From: an uncultured Gemmatimonadales bacterium
GTDB lineage: Bacteria; Gemmatimonadota; Gemmatimonadetes; Gemmatimonadales; Gemmatimonadaceae
DNA length: 64,000 bases
Reading direction: 5' to 3'
NCBI GenBank assembly: GCA_963701965.1
Contig: OY969695.1
Coordinates: 2,848,001 to 2,912,000, forward strand
The notes under the pieces are model-generated. The model searched no databases. It was not told the DNA's origin and worked only from the letters and a program-made list of their open reading frames with translations. A program made the translations under genes and the position numbers. Below, one piece after another: positions 30,933 through 40,405 of the stretch. How positions within the stretch are numbered: position 1 is the first letter of the stretch; the number at the start of each line of letters is the position of its first letter.

Positions 30933-32997
30933 GACTGTCGGTCTCGCGGATCAGGCGCGCGTAGTCATCCTCGATCGTGCGTGCGCGCTCCAGGTCATTC
31001 TCACCGTTCACATAGATGACGTCGGGCGCGGTGTCGCGCACCGGATACGCCTCGGCGAACCACACGTAGAGCGCGCGGTTGTCTGCCGCCCGGTCGTCAG
31101 TGAGCGTGCGCCAGATGACGAGGGCGTTCCGACCGTCGGGCAGCATCCCAGCGACGGTGCGGAATGACGATGGACCGGTGATCGATCGCACGGTCAAGCC
31201 GATCAGCCAGTTGAACGTCTCCATCCGGTCGACCGTGTCGGGAGGTTGCTGTTCCCCATCGTCGAGACGGATCACCTTCACGATGCGCGGACTGCGGGCC
31301 GCCTCGGTCGGACTGGCGTGGCGCGCGGGGCGACCCTCCTTCCACTCGGGGGCGAACGTAACCTTCTTGATGCGGGCCAGGAGCACCCGATCGAAGTAGT
31401 CCGCCGACTCGACGAGGATGAACTTGCGGCGTCGCCCATCCTCGCGGTTCAGGTTGATCACCGCGTGGCCCGTAGTGCCGGACCCCGCGAAGTAGTCCAG
31501 CACGAACGCGTCGTCGTCCAGGGTCGCCGCGTAGATCGCGTCCTCCACCGTGTGGACCGATTTCGGATAGAAGAAGCGATGCGAGACGCCGAGGATGTCC
31601 CGGAGCAGGTTCGCGCCAAACGTGCCGGCGCTATACCGGCGGCCGATCCAGTTGCTGAACAGCGCCGGCGTGCGCTCGTGGCTCTCGATGCGCTGGTAGA
31701 TCGTGCCGTTCGCGCTGGCGCGGAGCCTCCCCTGGGCGATGAGGGCGGCGCCTGACGCGAACGCGCGTCGCCACACGCGCTCGTCGTCGCGCGCGCCGAT
31801 CGGGTAGATCCGCTCGTAGCCTTCCGCGGTGCGCTCTTGTGGATAGTCGTCGCCCACCGGCGGCGGCTCGGCGCCCACGACCATGCCGGTCCGGGGATCG
31901 ACCAGAATGGCGTAGAAGCTATTGGGGCGTTTGCGCCGATAGTTGCTCTCCGCGGTGCCGCTGCGCTTGAACGGCCGCTGCTCCGGCGCGTTGTCGCCCG
32001 CGCGACCGGCGAGCGTGCGTCGGGACGTGCGGTCGACGCACGTCAGCATGTATTCGTGGGTGTGGGCCAGCGTTCGGGCTTTGCCGCCCTGCGGGTGGTG
32101 GTTGACGATGATCATCTCGCGCTTGAGCCGCGGATAGCGCGTGTCGATCATTACCGAGAGCGTGACCATCTCGAAATCATCGACGGCGATGAACAGCACC
32201 GGGTCGGGCGCCAGGAGAGACGTCGCCAGGTCCAGGCGGTTCTCCATGAGCATGAGCCACGATGTCCGCGCGTAGGAATTCTTGTACGGGATCTCCGGGC
32301 CGCCGGTGTTGTAGGGCGGATCGATGTAGATGCAGGCGACGCGTCGTTCGAGCCGCCGTTGCATGAGGGAGAGCGCGTGAAAATTCTCGCCGTGGACGAG
32401 CACCCCATCGGTGCGATCGTCGATGTCGCCGAGTGATTCCAGCAGGCGGTCGGTGAACTCAGCCGGGAAGTGGCGCGTGTCGAGCATCAGAGTGCCACGC
32501 GCGCGGAGGAACTCCGGCGTCAGCGGGACGCGGTCGATGTCACACAGGCTGACCCATTCGTCGCGTTGCGCGTCGCTCGCCGCGACCGCCGGCAGAAACG
32601 CGTCGGGGATCTGGTCGAGCGTGATGCAGTAGTGCGTTTCGACCACGGGCCGTTTCGTGAGCCATTGTTGCTTGCGCGCTTCTTCGCGGCGCGCCAGCGC
32701 GTCAATGATTGGCGCCGCGGCGCGGTGCAAGGCCGGGTCCTCGTGCCCGGGATGGTGGCCCAGCGCGTCGCGGAGGAACCCCCCGAGATCCTTGTGTACC
32801 AGGATATCGCGCCGGCCGTCGTCCGTCTTCACGTAGTACTGGTCGCGATGGGAGTTCGTGACCAGGCGGCCGTCGGCGTAGTGGCGCCGGAAGAATGCGA
32901 TCAGGTGATCACAGATTTGGTCGGGCAGCCCCGGGCTCAAGGCCGCGGCCAGGTCCGCTTGATCGAGCGCCAAGAGCCCGGTCAGGGCGCCCGTCAC
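30901..32997 (-). CDS. Site-specific adenine DNA methyltransferase, type III Mod-like
   Basis: [28 protein letters not shown]; probable GTG start overlapping the upstream TGA. Confidence 0.85.
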   Translation of the reverse strand: MTGALTGLLALDQADLAAALSPGLPDQICDHLIAFFRRHYADGRLVTNSHRDQYYVKTDDGRRDILVHKDLGGFLRDALGHHPGHEDPALHRAAAPIIDALARREEARKQQWLTKRPVVETHYCITLDQIPDAFLPAVAASDAQRDEWVSLCDIDRVPLTPEFLRARGTLMLDTRHFPAEFTDRLLESLGDIDDRTDGVLVHGENFHALSLMQRRLERRVACIYIDPPYNTGGPEIPYKNSYARTSWLMLMENRLDLATSLLAPDPVLFIAVDDFEMVTLSVMIDTRYPRLKREMIIVNHHPQGGKARTLAHTHEYMLTCVDRTSRRTLAGRAGDNAPEQRPFKRSGTAESNYRRKRPNSFYAILVDPRTGMVVGAEPPPVGDDYPQERTAEGYERIYPIGARDDERVWRRAFASGAALIAQGRLRASANGTIYQRIESHERTPALFSNWIGRRYSAGTFGANLLRDILGVSHRFFYPKSVHTVEDAIYAATLDDDAFVLDYFAGSGTTGHAVINLNREDGRRRKFILVESADYFDRVLLARIKKVTFAPEWKEGRPARHASPTEAARSPRIVKVIRLDDGEQQPPDTVDRMETFNWLIGLTVRSITGPSSFRTVAGMLPDGRNALVIWRTLTDDRAADNRALYVWFAEAYPVRDTAPDVIYVNGENDLERARTIEDDYARLIRETDSLSDLPPRAMR

Positions 32998-33683
32998 GCG
33001 CAGCGCGACTTCCACCCCGGCGGTGTGAGCAGGTGGACCGCGATGACCACGGCATCCGGCTCCTGCTGCGTCGCGGCCGATGTCAGCGTCAGGTGCGTCG
33101 GGTCGACGCAGGTCAGTCCCGGGAGTCGCGGCGGCGGCATGCCCGGGTCACCGGTGGCCGCGGCCAGTTGGCGGGCCAGGTCGATCTTGACGTTCTGGTT
33201 GACGTATTGGGCGATCTGGTCGTGGGCGACGCCCAGGAATCCATTGAACACCGCGTCCCCGCCGCCGGAGGCGACGGAAGTTTGCGTCATGCGCAGCAAG
33301 TTATCGCGCACGACCGGGACCGCCGCGAGGTCGAGCGTGCCCTCGACGACCGGCGAGAAGAATTGGCTGATCGGGTAGGTGCCCTTGATATGCACGGAGA
33401 GCAGCAGCCGGGCGGCGTCGGTCTTGATCGCCGGGTTCGTGAGGGCGATGTCGTGGCCCCAGTTCTCGCAGCGGCTGCCTTGCACGCGGCACGGATAGAA
33501 GGCGCCGTCCTCGGTGAAGACCACTTGATTGAGCATGGACTGCATGTCGTCGGCGCGGACTACTATTACATAGGTCGTGTCGTGCGGCGCCGCGGGGGGT
33601 AGCGGGTGGCGTACGGCGGCGCGGGGCGCCGCCAGCAGGAGCGGAACGGCGAGCGGGAGCAGGCGGGCAGGAGGGAAGTTCAT
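32994..33683 (-). CDS. Secreted hypothetical protein
   Basis: Signal-like [21 protein letters not shown]3-rich frame. Confidence 0.65.
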   Translation of the reverse strand: MNFPPARLLPLAVPLLLAAPRAAVRHPLPPAAPHDTTYVIVVRADDMQSMLNQVVFTEDGAFYPCRVQGSRCENWGHDIALTNPAIKTDAARLLLSVHIKGTYPISQFFSPVVEGTLDLAAVPVVRDNLLRMTQTSVASGGGDAVFNGFLGVAHDQIAQYVNQNVKIDLARQLAAATGDPGMPPPRLPGLTCVDPTHLTLTSAATQQEPDAVVIAVHLLTPPGWKSRCA

Positions 33684-33708
33684 GCCCCTACTACACACCG
33701 ACCCCCGG

Positions 33709-34521
33709 TTAGGCTCCCTCTTCTTTCTCTTCCTCTTCGCCGCTGGTGAACTGGTCGAATGATCCGGGCCAGGGCAGGTCGCCCAGTCCCTCCAGCGTCG
33801 GGTCGTCGGCATCCGGCAGGGCCAACATGTATCCCATGCTGGGGACCGTGTGGAGGATCGGTTCTTCGTCGGGTCCGTGCAGTTTTTGGCGCAGGCGCGA
33901 GATGCGGGGGAGGAGGGCGCAGTCATTGCCCCGCGGGCCGCTGCGATCGCCCAGCACCTCTTCGCGGAGCCGTTCATTGGAGAGCGGCACTTCCGGGTGC
34001 TCTAGGAAGTAGTGGAGCAGGGGGCACTCCGCTGGCGACAGTTGTATGGCGCGCCGGCCGCGTGTCGCGCAGCGCGTGACCAGGTCCAGCTCGAGATCCC
34101 GATACCGGTAGACCGACTTCTTGACCATGACGCGCCGCAGCGCGGCGATCACGCGCCGGTGGAGCGTCTCGTCGGTGAACGGCTTGGCCATGATGTCGAG
34201 CACCGCGTGCTCGATGGCCGCGAGGTGGACGCAGTCATCCGCTTTTTCGGTGGCGATGATGATGCGCACCCAGTTCCCGCGCGTGCGCAACCGTCGGATG
34301 ACGTCGAGTCCCGACAGGCGCGGCAAGTCGACATTGGTGATGATGAGGTCCGGGCGGGGGAGACCCAGGGCGGCTCTCAGGCCGTCGATGCCATCTACCG
34401 CGCCGCGCATCGTGAAGCCGAGGTCGCCCAGTTGGTCGCACATGAAGTCTCGCGACTCCGCGTCATGGTCGATGACGAGGATGCGCGAGCCGACCAGGTC
34501 CGAAATGCCGTTCGACGCCAT
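33709..34521 (-). CDS. OmpR-family response regulator (phosphoacceptor Asp replaced by Asn)
   Basis: ILVIDHD...PDLIITNVDLP...KPF; wHTH ISRLRQKL...HTVPSMGY; acidic tail. Confidence 0.82.
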   Translation of the reverse strand: MASNGISDLVGSRILVIDHDAESRDFMCDQLGDLGFTMRGAVDGIDGLRAALGLPRPDLIITNVDLPRLSGLDVIRRLRTRGNWVRIIIATEKADDCVHLAAIEHAVLDIMAKPFTDETLHRRVIAALRRVMVKKSVYRYRDLELDLVTRCATRGRRAIQLSPAECPLLHYFLEHPEVPLSNERLREEVLGDRSGPRGNDCALLPRISRLRQKLHGPDEEPILHTVPSMGYMLALPDADDPTLEGLGDLPWPGSFDQFTSGEEEEKEEGA

Positions 34522-34732
34522 TATATGGTATCGGTTACAGGGTGGCGGGGCGCTCGCCCCGCAGCGGTGTAGGAGTAGGACGTCCGGGCGGCGCGAACGG
34601 GTGAATCGTCCGGCGGCACGTGTCGCCGCACCCAGCGGGGAGTCGACAGGGAGGCTCCTTGCGTTTAAAACTCCCCCTACCCATCTTCGGCCTCCTGCGG
34701 CACCGTTTGTGTCACTTGACGGTCACGCTAGT

Positions 34733-35419
34733 ATGGAGGCCAGGTCACGGCGGTCGGCGGGTAGTCGCCTCATTTCTCAGGCAGCGGGCGTGGCAGTGCG
34801 CATCGGACGGTTCGGGTTCTTTCACCGTGGGAAGCGCCGGGGGACGGCGCCGCCGCGGAGTGTCGAAGATCTCGCGGGCGTCCTGCAGGCCAGCGACGCC
34901 GACGGATTTCGCGTGATCTTTTACGCCTTTTACGAGCCGCTCACGCGGTACGCGCTGTCGCTGGTGGATACGCGGGCGGACGCCGAGGATGTGGTGCAGG
35001 GCGTGTTTGCCAACGTATGGTGTCGGCGAAAGAGTCTGGCCATCGAGTCGGACTCATCCGCGTATTTGTATCCCGCGGTCCGCAATCGTTGTTTCGACAA
35101 TCTGCGGCAGATCCAGACGCGCTCGCGGGCGCAGACCGTGGTCGATCCGGCGGTGGGCGAGATGCCGCCCGCGGACCGCGAGCCCATTCCCGCGCGTTTG
35201 ATGACGGCGGTGGAAGAGGCGGTGGCCGAGCTGCCGCGTCGCCGGCGGGAAGCGTTGGTGCTCCGGTATATGTGTGAGCTTTCGGAGCGCGAGGTCGCCG
35301 AGTTATTGGGTGTGGGCGTGGCGACGGTGCACACCCATCTCCGGCTCGGGCTCAAGGAGCTGCGCGCGAAGTTGCGCGGCGAGCGGCCGGAGGGTTGGAA
35401 TGGTGGGGTCGACGGCTAG
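34733..35419 (+). CDS. ECF sigma-70 factor; start uncertain
   Basis: AEDVVQGVFANVW, YLYPAVRNRCFD, LSEREVAELLGVGVATVHTHL. Confidence 0.88.
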   Translation: MEARSRRSAGSRLISQAAGVAVRIGRFGFFHRGKRRGTAPPRSVEDLAGVLQASDADGFRVIFYAFYEPLTRYALSLVDTRADAEDVVQGVFANVWCRRKSLAIESDSSAYLYPAVRNRCFDNLRQIQTRSRAQTVVDPAVGEMPPADREPIPARLMTAVEEAVAELPRRRREALVLRYMCELSEREVAELLGVGVATVHTHLRLGLKELRAKLRGERPEGWNGGVDG

Positions 35420-35703
35420 CGGCGGCGGCCGGACGGTTTTTTGGGCGCGTTCGCGCGCTGGCGGAACGCGTTGATGTCCGTAACGTCCGGCGTGGAGGCG
35501 CGCGGTTTCGGCGGGAGCGCGTCGGGGATCGGTCGATAGTCCCAGGGGCCCGGCTGCGAGTTGCGGTTCATAGTCGCGATTTCGCGATGGAGTTGCTTGA
35601 TCAACTCCGGTAGCGCGTCCTTGTCGGTGGCTGAGAGTTGGCCGGTGAGGTAGCGCTCCCAGACCGAGTTCTGGTCTTTGTCCCGCGGTGGTCGGTGCTT
35701 CAT
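35416..35703 (-). CDS. Small hypothetical protein resembling an anti-sigma N-terminal helix
   Basis: GGAG RBS; WERYLTGQLS resembles the FecR N-terminus LIAKYLAGDAT. Confidence 0.5.
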   Translation of the reverse strand: MKHRPPRDKDQNSVWERYLTGQLSATDKDALPELIKQLHREIATMNRNSQPGPWDYRPIPDALPPKPRASTPDVTDINAFRQRANAPKKPSGRRR

Positions 35704-35947
35704 TGCAGCTCCAAGTCTGGATCGGGAGTGGGACACAAGCCTGCGGGCTAATATAGCTATAAGGACCGGCCAGCAGTTTACTTCCCTACCGTGCGTTTAA
35801 GATTCGATCAATACTGAACGGTATAGAGACGCCTTCAGTACGATTGGGTACGTATGCCGCGGGCGAAAAATTGACGTAGCCGGCGGGCGATGACGTTGGG
35901 CACGTAGGGATGACGCGCGATCGCCGTTGCGGTGGCACGATGCGCGT

Positions 35948-36541
35948 ATGACCAAGCGATCGAGAGCCAGGGCCCAGTTGCTGTCGCGACTGATTGCCCA
36001 GGCGTTGCGGCGGCGTCAGCAGCAACCCGACAAGTTCGCGGATCTTCGAAGAGCGTTGGCGCGCCTGCTCGGAGTTTTGCCCGGCGCGCTCGCCATCAAG
36101 TCCTTTGAGTCGGCGACGGCGACGATGGATAACAGGCTCGACGAGACCGGCAGACTCGGGAGACGGGTCGGGGTCGCCATCGGCGTGTTTGTGTTGACCG
36201 CCAGCCCAGCGAGCGTCGACCGGCAGGTCCGGGTTGCGGTGAAGAAAGCGTTCGGGGCGATGGGGGAATGGCCCGCCGACGGCTTCGTTCTCATCTACGG
36301 GCGGCCGCACGGCGGGCGGCGCGGCGTCCTGTCGTGGACGTTGCGTGCCGCGGTCGAGCCGATTCCGAACGATACGGTCGAGCGATTGTTGCGCCTGTAC
36401 CCGCAGGCGCACCGGCGGACCGGGCAGCCGGTGCACGCCGGCGCGGCGGCGCCTGTTGCCGGGATGGTCGCTGGGACTATCGGGCCTGTGGATGCCGCGG
36501 CCGAGAAGAAACCGGGAGTAGACGGCGCGGGCGATCCATAA
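35948..36541 (+). CDS. Hypothetical protein
   Basis: 197-aa ORF after an AT-rich divergent intergenic region; no recognisable motif. Confidence 0.5.
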   Translation: MTKRSRARAQLLSRLIAQALRRRQQQPDKFADLRRALARLLGVLPGALAIKSFESATATMDNRLDETGRLGRRVGVAIGVFVLTASPASVDRQVRVAVKKAFGAMGEWPADGFVLIYGRPHGGRRGVLSWTLRAAVEPIPNDTVERLLRLYPQAHRRTGQPVHAGAAAPVAGMVAGTIGPVDAAAEKKPGVDGAGDP

Positions 36542-36625
36542 TCGACAGACGCTGCGTCAAACGAGGCATGGTCGATTCGCCGCGATGCGGCACCGTATGG
36601 GACCCTTTCACTCGTGGAGAGTCCT

Positions 36626-36742
36626 ATGCGCCGTATGACCTGGTTTGCATTGATTGGTCTTCTCACGCTAGCCGCGTGCGCCACCCCTTCCGCGCCCCGG
36701 GATTGTGGCGGCTCGGCCGTGGGATCCGACAACCACTGCTGA
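36626..36742 (+). CDS. 38-aa lipoprotein-signal peptide (not in ORF track)
   Basis: GGAGA RBS; MRRMTWFALIGLLTLAA-CATPSAPRDCGGSAVGSDNHC*; lipobox LAAC. Confidence 0.75.
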   Translation: MRRMTWFALIGLLTLAACATPSAPRDCGGSAVGSDNHC

Positions 36743-36797
36743 TCCTGTCAGGCCGGTGCTGGTGAGCGCGCCGGCGGGCGCTCACCAGTGCCGGGGA

Positions 36798-37886
36798 TCA
36801 TTTGCGGAGCGCGCGCCGAACCCGGCGGAGTATTTCCGTGAATCCCCGGAGTTGGGCGATCTCCGCGACTCGTCGGTAGAGATTTTCGGCTTGGGCTTTC
36901 TGGCCTCGCTTGGCGTGGGCGCCGGCCAGCGTCTCGAGCAATTCGCACTCGAGGCGATCGGTCGGTGGCGAACCCACCAGGCAGGCGAGGAGACGGTCGA
37001 ATTCAGCCCACGCATTTTCCTCGGCATGCATGTCGAGGAGATTGATGGTGGCTGACCAACGGAGGTCGGCCTGTGTGGCCTCGGTGCGTACGGTCTCGAA
37101 GGCACTGCGCGCGACTTTCGACATGCCACCGGCGCGTGCCGCGTTGCCGATATCGTTCACGATGCGGAGCTGACGCGCGGGATCGCTTTGGAGACTGAGC
37201 GCTTCCTGCAGGTACGTGAGGGCCTGCTGGTGGTTTCCTTGGTGCGTCGCGACGAGGGCCCGGTCCTGGAGGGCGAAGGCCAGGGGGGCCAGGCGCTGCG
37301 CGGCGCGCGCCCGGTCGATGATGCTGTCCAGCTGTTGGCACGCGGCCGTGTAGTGATCCTGGTGGATCGCGATCTTGGCGAGGCCGCCTTCGATCAGGAG
37401 CTCGGAAACTTCGTCGCCGAACTCTTGGGCGGCGAGGATGCCGGCGCGGTAGGCGGCTTCGGCCTCGGCGATCCGGTCTTGATTGCGGAGGCAGAAGCCA
37501 GCGCGATGGAGCGCGTGGGGGACGAGCGCGATGTTGGGCTCGCAGCGTCCGAGGTCGGCGGCGAAGTGATAGACGTCGGAGCCGAGATCGTAGGCGCCCG
37601 CGTCTTCGGCCGCTTTGCCAAAGCCGATGAGGCCTGGGGTGGCGGCCACCGGCGAGTCCGTGAGGTCGCGGGCCAGGACGCCGAGTGCGACGGCGAGTCC
37701 TTCGGCCGGCAGCTCGGACGCGGCGGCGCTGAACGCGAGGGATTCGACGGCATTCGGCGGCGACGCGTTGCGATCCAGGCGCCGGGCCAGCGACCGGAAC
37801 ATGATGAGAGCGATCGCCGCGAAATCGCGCTCGGCCGGGGCGCGGTCGGGATCGGCGAGCCAGGCGGAGAAACCGCGGAATCGCAT
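36798..37886 (-). CDS. TPR-like helical repeat protein
   Basis: AEAEAAYRAG, ALQDRALVATHQGNHQQALTYLQEAL; similar to 39149-40405. Confidence 0.75.
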   Translation of the reverse strand: MRFRGFSAWLADPDRAPAERDFAAIALIMFRSLARRLDRNASPPNAVESLAFSAAASELPAEGLAVALGVLARDLTDSPVAATPGLIGFGKAAEDAGAYDLGSDVYHFAADLGRCEPNIALVPHALHRAGFCLRNQDRIAEAEAAYRAGILAAQEFGDEVSELLIEGGLAKIAIHQDHYTAACQQLDSIIDRARAAQRLAPLAFALQDRALVATHQGNHQQALTYLQEALSLQSDPARQLRIVNDIGNAARAGGMSKVARSAFETVRTEATQADLRWSATINLLDMHAEENAWAEFDRLLACLVGSPPTDRLECELLETLAGAHAKRGQKAQAENLYRRVAEIAQLRGFTEILRRVRRALRK

Positions 37887-38114
37887 ACGTCGAGCGGAGG
37901 GGCGCGAGACGGCGAAGCGGTGAAGCCGGGCAGCGCTCCGGCTTCAGTGAAGGTCGCGATGATATCGCACGGGTGAGATTCCCGCTAGTGCATCCGTATG
38001 CCGGTATGGGCAGCATCCGCACGCTCGCGCCGGCCGGGCCGTGCAGGGTAGGGCGACGGCGATTTCGCCTGTCCAACTCGCCGGTGCGAGCACCGTGCTT
38101 TTTCTCCCGGAGCG

Positions 38115-38960
38115 ATGCGATTGAGCCGAAATGTCCGAGGGCGTGTCGCGGAGCTCGAGCTGCAGTGTTTAGCGCGGGCGATGGTGGCGGACGATGTCGT
38201 CACCTTTGTGGGCCCCGCGGTGTCGGTGGAGGCTGGTGCGCCGACGACGGCGGTGGTGGCGATGGAGCTGTGCGCCGAGCTGCACGTGCACCCCGTGCTG
38301 GCGACGGAGTCCTTGGCGACCGCGGCCAAGTACCACCTTTATGAGCACGGGCCGCGGACGTTCCAGCGGCTGCGGCAGATCTATCACCGGTGGCCTTTGC
38401 GGCCGACCGCCGTTCACCGCCTCCTGTGCGGGCTGCCGCTCCGGTTCTTCGTGTTGGCGAGCATCGATCATCTGCTCGAGCGGGCGGTCCGGGCATCGGG
38501 CCGGGAGCCTTTGGTGATCGCCGATGAGGGCGCGTTGGACACGTGGCTCGATGCGTGGGACGATGGGGCGACGGTGCGGATCCTCAAGCCTTATGGGGAT
38601 GTCGATCAGTCCGGGACGCTCGCGCTGACGGAGCAGGATTGTGCCCGGCGGATGGGCGCGGATGGTCGGTTTCGGGAGGCGGTTGGTGATCTCCTGCTGT
38701 GTCACCCGGCCTTGCTGATCGGGTACAGCCTGGGCGATCCGGAGCTCGCGTTGCTGAGCGACGAGTCGACTGGCGGCTTGCTGCCGCATCCGCGTGGGGC
38801 GTTCGTCCTCACGACCGAGACCGAGCCGGAGCAGCTCGCGGAGTGGCGCCGGCGCGGGTTGAGACCGATCGCGGCCGAGGCAGACGGGTATTTGCCGCGC
38901 GAGGCGGTGGAGGCGGCATTGGAGCGGCTGACGGCCTTGGTGCAGCGTTACTCGGCTTGA
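38115..38960 (+). CDS. SIR2-like (SIR2_2) domain protein, degenerate motifs
   Basis: FVGPAVSVEAG (cf. FxGAGxS), SIDHLLE (cf. TNYDxLLE), LKPYGDV (cf. KLHG), LLIGYSLGDP. Confidence 0.75.
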   Translation: MRLSRNVRGRVAELELQCLARAMVADDVVTFVGPAVSVEAGAPTTAVVAMELCAELHVHPVLATESLATAAKYHLYEHGPRTFQRLRQIYHRWPLRPTAVHRLLCGLPLRFFVLASIDHLLERAVRASGREPLVIADEGALDTWLDAWDDGATVRILKPYGDVDQSGTLALTEQDCARRMGADGRFREAVGDLLLCHPALLIGYSLGDPELALLSDESTGGLLPHPRGAFVLTTETEPEQLAEWRRRGLRPIAAEADGYLPREAVEAALERLTALVQRYSA

Positions 38961-39148
38961 CGTTCCGGGAAGGGGCGAGTCGCGCCTGTGATTGCCCATC
39001 AATGGGTCGGCGACGGAGCCGGCCGAGTCTCCACGGGGAGAAATGCATTGTCGTCCGGGAGCAGATTCGGCGTTGACGTAGCGATTGGCATCGACCACTG
39101 TGTATCATCCGTGCGCTGATGCTATTTCACGTCTGCCCTCTGCAACCC

Positions 39149-40405
39149 ATGCCTCAGCCTTCCCGACGCGCGGTCCGGTCCTCCGCCGCGAGCCACGCGC
39201 CGTTCCGCGACGCGCTCCGGGCCGCCGCTCCGGCGAGCCAACGTGCTCAACGCTACCGCGCCGGCCTCTTGGCGCTCGAGTATGCCGACCAACCACGCGC
39301 GCGGCGACGCGATGCGGCCAGCAATCGCCAGTTCGCTGCCGTTCGACGCGCGGTCGACGCCGTTCGCCCGGTGCCGGCGCGTGCCGTGCTCCGCGCAGTG
39401 GTCGACGCGGCGGCGACCAGACCGACCAAACGGTCGGAGGTCGGCAGGGCGCTGACCCGGTACGCGGCGTTCCTCCAGTCCGAGGGGGAATTCGCGTTGG
39501 CGAATCACGTCTACCGGACTGTGGTCGACGGAGCGCCTCCCAACGAACCGCGTCGGGCCGCGGCTGCCGCGCATCTCCGGCTCGGCCTGTCGCTCCGAGA
39601 GCCGGGCGACCGAGCGGTCGCCATGGACATCTACAAGTCAGGCCTCGCGGCGGGTGCCCGACGCCAGGACGCCGAGACAGCGCGGGCGATCGGCGTGGCG
39701 AGCGCGGCCGTGCTGCGACTTGGCGGCGAGCATGCCGAGGCCAATGCGTGGCTCGAGCGCGTCCTGCGCGGGCGCCGCCCGTCCGAGCACGGGGAGCTCG
39801 ATGCGCGGGCGCTGCAGGAGCGCGGGGTGGTGGCTTACGCATCGGGGAAGCCCATCGAGGCCCTCGAGTACTACGCGGCGGCGTATGACGCGTACTCGAA
39901 CCGGGATCATCGCAATCAGCTGCTCGTCGACATCGCGCGCAGCTTGCGGGCGATTGGGCGCGTTGCGGATGCGCGTGAGGCGCTGACCTTCGTGCGCGAG
40001 ACGGCGCGCGAGCGCTGCACGCGGTGGATGGCCACCATCGAACTCATGTCGATCGCTGTGGCGGAGCACAAGCGGCATGACTTCGAGCGTCATGCGCGCG
40101 CGTTGGCGCGCGCGCCGATGCCCGCGCGTCTTTCGGCGGCCTATCAATTCGAGCGGCGGGGCGGATACGCCAAATTCAAACGGCCGGCCGATGGGCGACG
40201 AGCGTATCAGGGTGGGTCGCAGCCGGCGACTCCCTCGAAGGCCGAAAATGTGAAAAGACTTGCCAGCGATATCTTGAAGGGCCGTGCGATTGCTAGCACT
40301 GACGCGCGTACCAATGTTCAGAAACGACTCTCTAGCTCGGTCACTGATTTGATTGCCACAAACTCGACTCTCCGGTCGCTATCCAAGGCTGATCGCGGCA
40401 ACTAA
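39149..40405 (+). CDS. TPR-like helical repeat protein, paralog of 36798-37886
   Basis: ALQERGVVAYASGKPIEALEYY, RWMATIEL aligning with RWSATINL. Confidence 0.75.
   Translation: MPQPSRRAVRSSAASHAPFRDALRAAAPASQRAQRYRAGLLALEYADQPRARRRDAASNRQFAAVRRAVDAVRPVPARAVLRAVVDAAATRPTKRSEVGRALTRYAAFLQSEGEFALANHVYRTVVDGAPPNEPRRAAAAAHLRLGLSLREPGDRAVAMDIYKSGLAAGARRQDAETARAIGVASAAVLRLGGEHAEANAWLERVLRGRRPSEHGELDARALQERGVVAYASGKPIEALEYYAAAYDAYSNRDHRNQLLVDIARSLRAIGRVADAREALTFVRETARERCTRWMATIELMSIAVAEHKRHDFERHARALARAPMPARLSAAYQFERRGGYAKFKRPADGRRAYQGGSQPATPSKAENVKRLASDILKGRAIASTDARTNVQKRLSSSVTDLIATNSTLRSLSKADRGN

Noticed and set aside
39042..39080. 12-codon ORF MHCRPGADSALT with a GGGGAG RBS before the second TPR gene
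   Set aside because: Too short and lacks signal features; cannot be told from chance.
286..40147. Many long overlapping Arg/Ala/Pro-rich ORFs in the track
   Set aside because: Antisense or off-frame shadows typical of high-GC DNA, overlapping well-supported genes.
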